Of a stretch of DNA of 64,000 bases, positions 20,034-29,416 are shown piece by piece (position 1 is the first letter of the stretch; the number at the start of each line of letters is the position of its first letter). The notes beneath the pieces were generated by a model that had not been told where the DNA came from, made no database searches, and saw nothing but the letters and a program-made list of their open reading frames with translations. This stretch comes from an uncultured Chloroflexia bacterium (lineage in GTDB: Bacteria; Chloroflexota; Limnocylindria; Limnocylindrales; CSP1-4), in assembly GCA_963713975.1 (NCBI GenBank), contig OY970218.1, positions 320,001 through 384,000 on the forward strand. Direction: 5' to 3'. A program made the translations under genes and the position numbers.

Positions 20034-21148
20034 GCCGCGGACTCGCCCGCCGGTGTGGCGCCATCCGACACCGGCTCCTCGCCGGCCGCTGATCCCGTGG
20101 CGCCGGAACCGGCCATCGGTGCATCCGAATCGGGGTACAGATGGCACGCGACCCGGACGCCATCCGCGAACGTCACCTCGGGGGGGACGACCTCGGTGCA
20201 GACCGGCATCGCGAACGAGCAGCGTGGCGCGAAGCGGCACCCGGAGGGCGGGTTACGCAGGTCGGGCGGCATCCCCGGGATGACGTCCAGGGTTCGCCGG
20301 TCGGTCTCGATGTTCGGGAACGAAGCCAGCAGCTTCTGGGTGTACGGGTGCCGCGGCGCGGTGAACAGCTTCCGTGCAGACCCTTCCTCAGCGACGCGGC
20401 CCGCGTACATGATCATCGCCCGATCACAGGTCTCCGCAATCACCGAGAGGTCGTGCGTGATCAGGATCAGGGACAGCCCCAGGTCACGTCTGAGCTGCTC
20501 TAGGAGCTGCAGAATCTGGGCCTGGACCATCACATCCAGCGCGGTCGTGGGCTCGTCTCCGATCACGATCGCGGGATCGCAGGCGAGGGACATCGCGATG
20601 ATCGCCCGCTGCCGCATGCCGCCCGAGAGCTCGTGCGGGTAGGCGTCGGCACGCTGCTTCGGAATGCCCACCAGCTCCAGCAGCTCGCCGGCCCGCTTGC
20701 GGGACGATTCGCGCGGCTGGCCCAGGCGGATCTCGATGGGCTCAGCGATCTGGTCGCCGATCCGTTGCACCGGATTGAGCGCGTTCATCGCACCCTGGAA
20801 CACCATCGAGATCTCGCGCCAGCGGTAGCGGGCGATCTGGCGCTCGGTCTTGGGCACGAGGTCGATTCCGAACAGCTCGACCTTGCCGCGCTTGATGTAC
20901 CCGTTGGCCGGCAGGAGGTGGACCAGTGACAGGGCGGTGGTCGTCTTGCCGCAGCCGGATTCGCCCGCGATGCCCAGTGCCTCGCCGTCATCGAGCCCGA
21001 AGCTGACCCCGTCCACGGCCTTGACGCTGCCGTTGGGCATCCGGAAGCGGACGGCGAGGTCGTCGACGCGCAGGAGCGGTGCCTTGGGATCGGCCTGCTT
21101 GGGCAGCGGCCATCGACGCTGTCCCCGGATGTCCGGATTCACCGTCAT
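20030..21148 (-). CDS. oppD: Oligopeptide/dipeptide ABC ATPase (OppD/DppD)
   Basis: GESGCGKTT, LSGGMRQR, DEPTTALDV, GCRFAPRC. Confidence 0.92.
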   Translation of the reverse strand: MTVNPDIRGQRRWPLPKQADPKAPLLRVDDLAVRFRMPNGSVKAVDGVSFGLDDGEALGIAGESGCGKTTTALSLVHLLPANGYIKRGKVELFGIDLVPKTERQIARYRWREISMVFQGAMNALNPVQRIGDQIAEPIEIRLGQPRESSRKRAGELLELVGIPKQRADAYPHELSGGMRQRAIIAMSLACDPAIVIGDEPTTALDVMVQAQILQLLEQLRRDLGLSLILITHDLSVIAETCDRAMIMYAGRVAEEGSARKLFTAPRHPYTQKLLASFPNIETDRRTLDVIPGMPPDLRNPPSGCRFAPRCSFAMPVCTEVVPPEVTFADGVRVACHLYPDSDAPMAGSGATGSAAGEEPVSDGATPAGESAA

Positions 21149-22098
21149 CGCCGGATCCCCGACTTCGGATTGAGGATGTCGTCCAGCGCGTTGCCGACGA
21201 GCGTGAACGCCAACACCACCAGGACCACACAGACCGCGGGCGGGGCGATGTACCACCAGGCCCCCAGACCGGGGGCGCCGGCGCCCTGGGCCGAGTTCAG
21301 GATCTGGCCCCACGAGGGGGCAAACGGATCGCCGAGGCCGATGAACGCGAGTGTCGTCTCGGTGAACACGGCGACCGCGAAGGTGAGGACCGCCTGCGCG
21401 ACGATCAGGTTGACGACGTTGGGCAGCACGTGGCGGCGCATGATCCGGCCCGGTCCCGACCCCACGACACGGGCACGGTCGACGAACATCCGCATCCGGA
21501 TCGAGAGCACCTGGGAGCGGATGACCCGGGCTGTCGTCGCCCAGCTGGTCATGCCGATGACGATGACGATGACGAGCATCGTCGCCCGGATCCCGAACAG
21601 CTCGGCGTCGGCCCCGACGATGTCGAGGATGACCGGGGCCAGGATGATCGCGAGGACGATGGTCGGGAGCACCAGGAAGAAGTCGGAGATCCGCATCAGG
21701 ACCAGGTCGGTCCTGCCGCCGACATAGCCCGCGACGATCCCCACGACCGCCCCGAGGAAGACGGTGATGAGCGTCGCCATGAGCCCGATCGTCATGGAGA
21801 TCCGGGCGCCGTGGACGGTCATGTTGAGCAGGTCCCGGCCGAGCTCGTCGGTGCCGAACGGGTAGCCGCCACCGGGTGGCTGGAGCGACTGGCCCGTCGC
21901 CGTGGTCACCGTCTGCAGCTTGCCAACGAACAGCTCCGGGAACAATGCGAGCACGGCGAACATGACGAGGATCGCCAGCCCGAACCGGCCGTCGTTGCGG
22001 GACAGGAACTGGCCGGCGAACTCGCGCGCGCGCCCGATGGACCGGTGACGCGGCACCGGGGCGGCAGCGGCGGGCGCCGGCGCGGTCGCGGTCGTCAT
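21145..22098 (-). CDS. oppC: Oligopeptide ABC permease (OppC)
   Basis: PFGTDELGRD, EAA-like loop, RHVLPN. Confidence 0.92.
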   Translation of the reverse strand: MTTATAPAPAAAAPVPRHRSIGRAREFAGQFLSRNDGRFGLAILVMFAVLALFPELFVGKLQTVTTATGQSLQPPGGGYPFGTDELGRDLLNMTVHGARISMTIGLMATLITVFLGAVVGIVAGYVGGRTDLVLMRISDFFLVLPTIVLAIILAPVILDIVGADAELFGIRATMLVIVIVIGMTSWATTARVIRSQVLSIRMRMFVDRARVVGSGPGRIMRRHVLPNVVNLIVAQAVLTFAVAVFTETTLAFIGLGDPFAPSWGQILNSAQGAGAPGLGAWWYIAPPAVCVVLVVLAFTLVGNALDDILNPKSGIRR

Positions 22099-23066
22099 AC
22101 CCGTACCCGTGGGTCGAGGAACCCGTACACGATGTCGGCGATCAGGTTGGCGATGACGACCGACACGGCGACCAGCAGGAAGATGCCCTGGAGCACCGGG
22201 TAGTCACGCGCGCTCAGGGCCTGGATCGTGAGGGTGCCCAGTCCCGGCCAGTTGAACACGATCTCGGCCGTGATCGCGCCGGCGACAACGTAGCCGAGGT
22301 TGATCGCGATCAGCGTCACCATGGGCAGCAGCGCGTTGGGGAAGGCGTGGTGGCGCATCACGTAGCCATCCTTCAGGCCCTTTGCCCGGGCCGTGGTGAC
22401 ATAGTCCTCGTTGCGGATGTCGATGATGGACGAGCGCATGAGGATCGAGTAACCGCCCAGGAGGCCGAGGCTCACCGCGAGGAGCGGCAGGACGAGATGC
22501 CGGCCCAGGTCCCAGGCCTGGTTCACCAACGACTGGTCCGACATTCCGGGCGTGGTCATGCCCGAGGTCGGGAACCAGCCGAGCCCGGCGGCGAAGACGA
22601 TGATCAGCGGCATGCCGATCACGAAGTACGGCATCGAGTACAGGACCAGGCTGGCGCCGGTGCCGATCGAATCCACCTTTCCACCCCGCCGCCAGCCGGC
22701 ATAGGCGCCGATGGTCAGGCCGCCGAAGATCGCGACCGCCTCGGCCAGGCCGACCAGCAGGATCGTCGGACCCACCTTGGCCGCGAGCACCTCGGTGACC
22801 GGCTGCCCCCGATAGAAGATCGAGTAGCCGAGGTCCCCGGACACCGTGGCCCCCAGGTAGGACACGAGCTGATCGGGGAGGAGCGGCTTGTCGAGCCCCC
22901 AGCGGGCGCGGGTGGCCGCGATCGTCTCGGGCGTGAGGTTGGGGTTCTTGATGACGCGGTCGGGCGATCCCGGCATCATCCGGAACATCAGGAAGTTGAG
23001 GATCAGGATCGCGACGATCGTCACGAACGCCTGGGCCAGCTTGCGGGCGAGGTAGTGGGCGCTCAT
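22095..23066 (-). CDS. oppB: Oligopeptide ABC permease (OppB)
   Basis: GDLGYS, DYVTTARAKGL, RDYPVLQG. Confidence 0.92.
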   Translation of the reverse strand: MSAHYLARKLAQAFVTIVAILILNFLMFRMMPGSPDRVIKNPNLTPETIAATRARWGLDKPLLPDQLVSYLGATVSGDLGYSIFYRGQPVTEVLAAKVGPTILLVGLAEAVAIFGGLTIGAYAGWRRGGKVDSIGTGASLVLYSMPYFVIGMPLIIVFAAGLGWFPTSGMTTPGMSDQSLVNQAWDLGRHLVLPLLAVSLGLLGGYSILMRSSIIDIRNEDYVTTARAKGLKDGYVMRHHAFPNALLPMVTLIAINLGYVVAGAITAEIVFNWPGLGTLTIQALSARDYPVLQGIFLLVAVSVVIANLIADIVYGFLDPRVRV

Positions 23067-23081
23067 GGACGCGCGCTCAGC

Positions 23082-23135
23082 CGGGCATGCGGTAGGGGCC
23101 GCCGAAGGCGACCCCTACTCCGTGGTGCATGCCCG
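23082..23135 (-). other. Strong intercistronic stem-loop between oppA and oppB
   Basis: Minus strand CGGGCATGC...GTAGGGGTCGC-CTTCG-GCGGCCCCTAC...GCATGCCCG (9 bp outer + 11 bp inner stem). Confidence 0.7.
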
Positions 23136-23148
23136 TGGTCACGCGGGC

Positions 23149-25056
23149 TTACTCGTCGTCGTCGTCGATCGCAGGCTTCCGGCGACGGCTGAGGATCAGG
23201 CCGCCGATGATCACGATCACGATGACCGCCCCCAGCCCGAGGATGAGCATGGAGCTGGAGTCGCTCCCGGCAGCGCTTCCGCTGTCGGGTGCGGGCGTCG
23301 CCGGCGCGGCCGTGGCACCCGGCTCGACGGGTGCCGCGGTGGTGCCGGGCTCGGTCGGCTCCGGGCTGGCGACGGCGGTGGCGTCCGTGAGGAGGCTGTA
23401 GTTGAGATCGCCGTAGGTGAACAGCGGTGTGCCGTTGTCCGGCATGTTCTGCCAGCCGGCGAACCGATCGGTTCGGTAGGCGTCGAGGTTCGCGTCGTAG
23501 AACAGGACGTCGTACGGCGCCTCGTCGTAGATCAGGTTCTGGATCTGGGCGAGCGTGGCGTGCCGCTCCTCGCCGGCCTGCGTGAGCTGGAGCTCGTACA
23601 GCCTGTCGAACTCCGGGTTGCAGTACTGGCTGTCGGAGGTGCTGCCGATGGCGTCGCAGGTGAAGATCTGGAGCAGCGCGTTGGGATCCGGGTTGCCGGC
23701 CCAGCCCCACAGCTCGATGTCGTACTTGGCCTTGGCGTCGGGCGGCGGGAGGACGAGCTCGCCCAGCGCTGCGCTGGTCAGGACCTGCGCAGACACGACG
23801 ATACCCAGCTGGCTGTACCAGTCCTTCACGAACTCGGCGACCTTCGAGTAGTTGGCATCCGAGTCGGGCGCGTACAGGCGCAGCTTGATCGGGTTGCCTT
23901 CCTTGTCGAGCCGGTTGCCGCTCCCGTCGAGCTTGTACCCAGCGGCGTCGAGCTTCGACTTGGCGAGCTCGATGTCGAACGTCCGCGGCACGTCGGGGGT
24001 GACGTGCCATGCCTCGAGAACCGGCGGGACGATGGTGTCCCCGAGATCGCCGAAGCCGCCCAGGACGCGGTCCACCAGCGCCTGCTTGTCGACCGCGTAG
24101 CCGAGCGCATCACGGAAGGCCGGGTCCAGCAGGGCCTTCGTGGACGGGCCGCCGTCCTTGATCGTCTTGCCGGTGCCGGTCCCGTAGGTGTTGAAGGCGA
24201 GCTGCGTCCAGCCGTTTGCGCTGCCGGCAACGGTCGCGTACTGCGGGTCCGCCTGGAGCTGCTTGAACTGGTCCGCGTTGACGTTGTGCGCATAGTCCAG
24301 CTCGCCGTTCTTGAGCGCCTGGAACATGCCGTCGACGTTGTCGGGGAAGAAGCGGAGGACGACCTCGTCCTGGAAGCCCTGCGGGCCCCAGTAGTTGGGG
24401 TTGCGGACGAACCGCGCGTACTCACCGGTCTTCCACTCCACGAGCTGGTATGCGCCGGTGCCGACGAGCGGCGCCTCGAACTTCTCCTCCGCCATCTGCT
24501 TGTAGTCGATGTCGCCGAAGGTGTGCTTCGGCATGATCGGGATGTACGTCTGGAAGATCCGATCGGACTGGTCGGTTGTGTAGGCGACGAACGTGCTGTC
24601 GTCGGGGCACTCGATCTTGGTGACGCCGCTGTCCACCAGGTTCGGGTCGAGATAGCCGGCACCGATGTTCGTCTCGTCGGCGATGGCCGCCATGGCGAGG
24701 CCCCACGAGAAGCAGACGTCCTGCGACGTCGCAGGCTTCCCGTCGGACCACGTCATCCCGTCCCGGATGTGGTAGGTCACCTTGTCCGGGGAGCGAACCC
24801 AGGTGTCGGCGAAGCCCGGACCGGGCGACGTGTCCTGGGCGAAGTTGGTCAGCAGGTCGTAGGTGAGCTGGAACGCCTCGTAGCCGACGACCAGGTACGT
24901 GTTGAAGGGGTTCGTGGAATCCAGGTCCTGCGTCGTGCCAACGGTGAGGACGACCGGATCGGCAGCGGCAGCCGGCGTCGCGGCCGGGACCAGCAGTGTG
25001 AGCGCGAGCAGTGGCGCAGCGGCCCGCCGCGCAATCGTCCTACGCGCATGGAGCAT
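23149..25056 (-). CDS. oppA: ABC substrate-binding protein family 5 (OppA-like) with C-terminal TM anchor
   Basis: Signal peptide; TWSDGKPATSQDV, VGTGAY, RNPNYWG; C-terminal hydrophobic helix + RRRK; GGAGGAG RBS. Confidence 0.9.
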   Translation of the reverse strand: MLHARRTIARRAAAPLLALTLLVPAATPAAAADPVVLTVGTTQDLDSTNPFNTYLVVGYEAFQLTYDLLTNFAQDTSPGPGFADTWVRSPDKVTYHIRDGMTWSDGKPATSQDVCFSWGLAMAAIADETNIGAGYLDPNLVDSGVTKIECPDDSTFVAYTTDQSDRIFQTYIPIMPKHTFGDIDYKQMAEEKFEAPLVGTGAYQLVEWKTGEYARFVRNPNYWGPQGFQDEVVLRFFPDNVDGMFQALKNGELDYAHNVNADQFKQLQADPQYATVAGSANGWTQLAFNTYGTGTGKTIKDGGPSTKALLDPAFRDALGYAVDKQALVDRVLGGFGDLGDTIVPPVLEAWHVTPDVPRTFDIELAKSKLDAAGYKLDGSGNRLDKEGNPIKLRLYAPDSDANYSKVAEFVKDWYSQLGIVVSAQVLTSAALGELVLPPPDAKAKYDIELWGWAGNPDPNALLQIFTCDAIGSTSDSQYCNPEFDRLYELQLTQAGEERHATLAQIQNLIYDEAPYDVLFYDANLDAYRTDRFAGWQNMPDNGTPLFTYGDLNYSLLTDATAVASPEPTEPGTTAAPVEPGATAAPATPAPDSGSAAGSDSSSMLILGLGAVIVIVIIGGLILSRRRKPAIDDDDE

Positions 25057-25217
25057 CGGGTCTCCTCCTCCTGAGTCACCCCTGCCCCCGCGCAGGGACC
25101 GTCGGCGTCCGCGATTGCGCGCGGTCGACGTCCGGAGCGTTGCACATGGCCCGAAACGTCGCAACTGCCGTCGGATACGGCCCGTACACCGCAACAGGTT
25201 CGCTGCGACGATCCTGA

Positions 25218-26408
25218 TCAGATGAGGAAGCGCGCGACCGGCCGCGGATCACGCAGCGCCGGACGGTCGATCCGGAACGCACCGAGCTCGCCCGCCGAGG
25301 GTGTCTCGCCATCTACGGCCAGCTCCGTCGCGATCCGTCCGAGCACCGACGCGAACTTGTAGGCGTGCGCCGATCCGAGCACCACGTGCACCAGCGGGTG
25401 TCCGGGCACGGCGTCGACCACGAAGTCGCGGTCCGGCGTCATCGTGTAAAGGCAGGTCTTGGTCAGGAATGGGTCGCCGGCCATGTCCGGGAGGTGCGCC
25501 TCCAGGAACGCGGCGGTGCGCGAGAACGCCACCTCGTCGCGGTCGAAGGTCCGCGTTGCCGGCGTCACCTGAGGACCGCCCACGTCCTGTCCGATCTTCG
25601 GGCCCGGGTGACCGTGCGCCGGGAAGCCGTAGAACGACGGCTCGTCCATCCAGATCCAGACGGGGAACCGCTCCGGGGAGAAGAGCTCGGGATCGGCGCG
25701 TGGGGTGAACCAGGTGACCTGCTCCTGGGTGACCGTCAGCGGCAGGGCGAGGCCCAGGGGCGACAGCAGGTCGTTCGTCCAGGCATCCGTGGCCAGGATC
25801 ACGCGGCCGGCCCGCACGCGCTCGCCCGACTCGAGCCCCAGGACGACCTCGCCGCCCGCATCCTCCAGGCGCGCCACCGGCGCGTGCTCGCGCAGCACGG
25901 CACCGTGCTCCAGCGCCAGGCGCCGGTGGGCCGCGTTGCCGCGGGACGGATCCGCGATCCCTGTGTCGGCCTGGTACAGCCCGGCGTGGTCGTCGTCGAG
26001 CCGCCACGCGGGCCAGCGGCGCATGATCTCCGCCGCGTCCAGGCGCTCGAAGGGCACCCCCTCGGCGGCCATCGCGGTCGCGTAGACCTCGATGTCGACG
26101 TCCCCGCCCCCGGCCGGACGACGCGGGCCCACGTCGAGACCGCCCGTGCGGAAGACCACCTGCGTCCCGCTCTCGCGCTCCAGGTGCCCCCAGCCGTCGT
26201 AGGCCCGTGCCGTCAACCGGACGTAGTCGCGCCGGTGGTAGCTGCGCCGGATGATCCGGCTGACGTCCTCGGACGCGCCGTAAGGGTGCCCGATCTCGAA
26301 CCGCTCGAGGGCCAGCACCCGCAACCCGGGGCGCTGCGAGAGCCAGTACGCGGCAGCCGAGCCCAGCCCGCCCAAGCCCACGACCGCGACGTCGAACTCC
26401 CGGGTCAT
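25218..26408 (-). CDS. solA: N-methyl-L-tryptophan/sarcosine oxidase (MSOX/MTOX family)
   Basis: GLGGLGSA FAD motif, SRIIR, TCLYTMTPDRDFVVD. Confidence 0.88.
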   Translation of the reverse strand: MTREFDVAVVGLGGLGSAAAYWLSQRPGLRVLALERFEIGHPYGASEDVSRIIRRSYHRRDYVRLTARAYDGWGHLERESGTQVVFRTGGLDVGPRRPAGGGDVDIEVYATAMAAEGVPFERLDAAEIMRRWPAWRLDDDHAGLYQADTGIADPSRGNAAHRRLALEHGAVLREHAPVARLEDAGGEVVLGLESGERVRAGRVILATDAWTNDLLSPLGLALPLTVTQEQVTWFTPRADPELFSPERFPVWIWMDEPSFYGFPAHGHPGPKIGQDVGGPQVTPATRTFDRDEVAFSRTAAFLEAHLPDMAGDPFLTKTCLYTMTPDRDFVVDAVPGHPLVHVVLGSAHAYKFASVLGRIATELAVDGETPSAGELGAFRIDRPALRDPRPVARFLI

Positions 26409-27637
26409 GCTCCGGGTCCGGCGTCGAGGTCCACGGCCACGGCGGCCTCACCGATCCGCTGCGCGAGGTACCGGCGGATGTCCAGGCTCATGTCCTCCAT
26501 GGGCGCGTACCAGCCGAACCGGAAACGCCTCGAGGTCATCCCGTCCTGGACGCTCTCGCAGACGACCCAGTCCTGGCGGTTGACGAGATCCCAGAACTCC
26601 ACAGCGTCCGACGGGTCGAACGTGTCCTTCGCCATCTCCTCCGGGTGGAACAGGAAGTCCACCATGACCAGCGTCCGATCGGGGGCCCGGGGCAGGAGGG
26701 TGAACGCCGCGACGTGATCGGCGGACAGGCTGATCATGAGGTTGGGGTACACGAGCTCGCCCTTGTGGCGCACCCGCTCGTCCGGGTGGAGCCCCGGGAA
26801 CGGAGCACGGTCGGTGGTGCCCGTCAGGGTGAACGTGAAGGTGCCCTCGGCCTGGGGCACGCCCGCGTCCCAGTCCAGGTTCGCGCCACCGCGCTCCTTG
26901 AACGCGGGCACGATCCGGCACAGCTCGGGGTGCACGCCGCCGCAGTGATAGCACTCGTTGTAGTTCTCGACGATGACCTTCCAGTTCGCCCTGACCTCGT
27001 AGACGATCCGCCTGGCGACGCGCAGGTCCGCGAGCGGGTAGCGGGCGATCCGGCCAGGACCGTCGCCGAGCTGCGCCGCCAGGGTCTCGCCGCTCCCCTC
27101 GGGGGTGCCGCCATCAGCCGCGGCAGGCGCGAGGCTCACGAAGATCCAGCCGCCCCAGGTGTCGACGGCAACACCGTGAAGCCCGAAGTCGGCCGGGTCG
27201 AAGCTGTCCGCCTCCCCCAGGAACGGGGCGTTGCGGACGCGTCCGTCGAGCTCGTAGCACCAGGAGTGATATGGGCAGCGGATGACGCCGCGGAAGGTGC
27301 CGGACGGGCCCGGCGTGTCGCAGGTCGCGGGCTCCGGGCGCTGGTCCGCGCTGGTCAGGCGGGCGCCCCGATGCCGGCACAGGTCGTAATGGGCACGCAG
27401 CGCGCCCGCGCGGTCGCGGACAACGATGATCCGTTCGCCGGCGATGTCGAGGGCCAGGAAGTCCCCGGCGGACACGAGCTGCTCCTCGCGGCCGACGGCC
27501 ACCCACTCGTTCCACCACACGCGCTCGCGCTCGAGATCCAGAAACCCGTCGTCGACGTACGAGGCGCGCGGAAGGCTGGCCTCGAACGCGGCGCGAGCCA
27601 TGCGGCGCTGCGCTGGGTCGGGAGGGACAATGGGCAC
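26405..27637 (-). CDS. Rieske non-heme iron oxygenase alpha subunit (glycine betaine/choline monooxygenase-like)
   Basis: CRHRG and CPYHSW Rieske ligands; ANWK..ENYNECYHC..VHP and QDW mononuclear iron site. Confidence 0.9.
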   Translation of the reverse strand: MPIVPPDPAQRRMARAAFEASLPRASYVDDGFLDLERERVWWNEWVAVGREEQLVSAGDFLALDIAGERIIVVRDRAGALRAHYDLCRHRGARLTSADQRPEPATCDTPGPSGTFRGVIRCPYHSWCYELDGRVRNAPFLGEADSFDPADFGLHGVAVDTWGGWIFVSLAPAAADGGTPEGSGETLAAQLGDGPGRIARYPLADLRVARRIVYEVRANWKVIVENYNECYHCGGVHPELCRIVPAFKERGGANLDWDAGVPQAEGTFTFTLTGTTDRAPFPGLHPDERVRHKGELVYPNLMISLSADHVAAFTLLPRAPDRTLVMVDFLFHPEEMAKDTFDPSDAVEFWDLVNRQDWVVCESVQDGMTSRRFRFGWYAPMEDMSLDIRRYLAQRIGEAAVAVDLDAGPGA

Positions 27638-27714
27638 GACGACAACCCTCGGGCGGGACGCTGGTCAGGTGCATCCTACGGGCTCGGGGCCCGCGCCGCC
27701 CGCCTCCTCGCCGG

Positions 27715-28293
27715 TCAGCGCCCTCCCCTCGTCGCCAGGTCCAGGGCATAGCGCGTGACCCCGGCGATGGTCATCAGGTCATGGATCCCACCGGCCCCGA
27801 TCTCCGCCTGGACCTCCTCCAGCGTTGCCCAACGGTTGACCAGGTCCTCCGACGGCTCGGGAGCCGCCACTCCGGGACGCAGCCCGGTCGCGAGATAGAT
27901 CACGCCGCTCTCGTCCGTCACGGAGTTGGAGAGGGTGAAGCGGAGGAGCTCGCGAAGGTGCGAGGCAGCGAACCCGGTCTCCTCCTCGAGCTCGCGCAGG
28001 GCTCCATCCTCGGGCGACTCGCCGGGCCACGAGCCACCCTCCGGGATCTCCCAGCTGTAGCGGTCGAGCGCGTACCGGAACTGGCCGACCAGCAGGATGC
28101 GACCGTCGTCCGCCACGGGCACGACCCCGACCGCAAGGTTCCGGAAGTGGACGACGCCGTAGATCCCTGGGCTGCCGTCGGGCCGCTCCACCTCGTCGTG
28201 GTGGACCTCGATCCAGTCGTTCGCATAGGCGGTGCGGCGCGAGCGGCGGACCCAGCGGCCGACGGGGATGGATGACGCGTCCTGGTCCGGCAT
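27715..28293 (-). CDS. NUDIX hydrolase (ADP-ribose pyrophosphatase-like)
   Basis: Nudix box GGSWPGESPEDGALRELEEETG; QFRY. Confidence 0.92.
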   Translation of the reverse strand: MPDQDASSIPVGRWVRRSRRTAYANDWIEVHHDEVERPDGSPGIYGVVHFRNLAVGVVPVADDGRILLVGQFRYALDRYSWEIPEGGSWPGESPEDGALRELEEETGFAASHLRELLRFTLSNSVTDESGVIYLATGLRPGVAAPEPSEDLVNRWATLEEVQAEIGAGGIHDLMTIAGVTRYALDLATRGGR

Positions 28294-28365
28294 GCAACAA
28301 CCGTACCGCGCATGGCGTCAGTACTGCGGCACCTGGGTACGGCCGGGCCACCCGAAGGCGATGGC

Positions 28366-29388
28366 ATGGGCGACGAGCAGGCTGGACGGTCGAGACGCTG
28401 GTGGACGGGCGTGGCATTGGGGGCCCTCGCCGTGCTCGCGACCCTCGCCTACGGGGTGGCCTCGCTCGTGGTCTGGGACGGTGTGAGCACGGCACCCGGC
28501 CGGTGCTGGCCCAAGGACCAGGCCAACACGCCGGAGGCCTGGACCATGCCCGATGGCTTCGACGACGCGATCGCCGAGTCCAACCAGATGCCGGCTCCGG
28601 ACGCGGTCCGGTTCGCCTCGCGCGATCCCGGCATGGCCGGCAGGGACCTTGTCGCGTGGTGGATTCCGGCCGCCGATGTGCATGCCCCGGCCGTGGTCCT
28701 GGTCCACGGGATCCAGTCCTGCCGGCGTGAGGCCAACGTGTTGCTGCCGGCCGGGATCCTGCACCGCTACGGGTTCTCGGTGTTCCTGATGGATCTCCGC
28801 GACCACGGCGATTCGCAGGGCGACGACGGCCGGTTCGCGGGCGGCAGCGAGGAGTACCTCGATGTCCTGGGTGGCTGGGACTGGGTCCGGGGGCAGGGCG
28901 TGCCAGAGGCAAGGATCGGCCTGATGGGCCTGTCCTTCGGGAGCGTCAGCGTGATCGTCGCGGGCGCCCAGGAGCCGGCCGTGGCGGCGGTGTGGGCGGA
29001 CTCCGCGCCGACCCGCATGGACGAGGCGATCGGCCTGTTCCTCACGGACCAGCTGAAGGACCGGACCGGCCTCTCGAAGGCCCTCGTCCCGGGAGGGATC
29101 CTGTGGGCGCGCATCCTCGCGGGCGACAACCTGACGAGGTTCAACCCGATCGAGCAGGTCGACGCCTATGGCGGGCGGGCGATCGCCTTCGTCCACGGCG
29201 CCGTGGACCCCGTCCTGCCGGCGCGGCTTGCGGTGGAGCTCCACGACCGGGCCGTGGCGGCGGGCGCCAGGACCCCCGACGCCTGGATCGTCCCCAATGC
29301 GGGCCACACCGAGGGTGTGTACGTCGATCCGGACGGCTACGCGCGGCGCCTGGTCTCGTTCTTCGGCGAGGCGCTCAGCAAGGCTTGA
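28366..29388 (+). CDS. Membrane-anchored alpha/beta hydrolase
   Basis: N-terminal TM; VLVHG, DLRDHGDS, GLSFG, HGAVD, AGH. Confidence 0.87.
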   Translation: MGDEQAGRSRRWWTGVALGALAVLATLAYGVASLVVWDGVSTAPGRCWPKDQANTPEAWTMPDGFDDAIAESNQMPAPDAVRFASRDPGMAGRDLVAWWIPAADVHAPAVVLVHGIQSCRREANVLLPAGILHRYGFSVFLMDLRDHGDSQGDDGRFAGGSEEYLDVLGGWDWVRGQGVPEARIGLMGLSFGSVSVIVAGAQEPAVAAVWADSAPTRMDEAIGLFLTDQLKDRTGLSKALVPGGILWARILAGDNLTRFNPIEQVDAYGGRAIAFVHGAVDPVLPARLAVELHDRAVAAGARTPDAWIVPNAGHTEGVYVDPDGYARRLVSFFGEALSKA

Positions 29389-29416
29389 CGCCGGCCGATC
29401 CGCCTAGACTGAGCGG

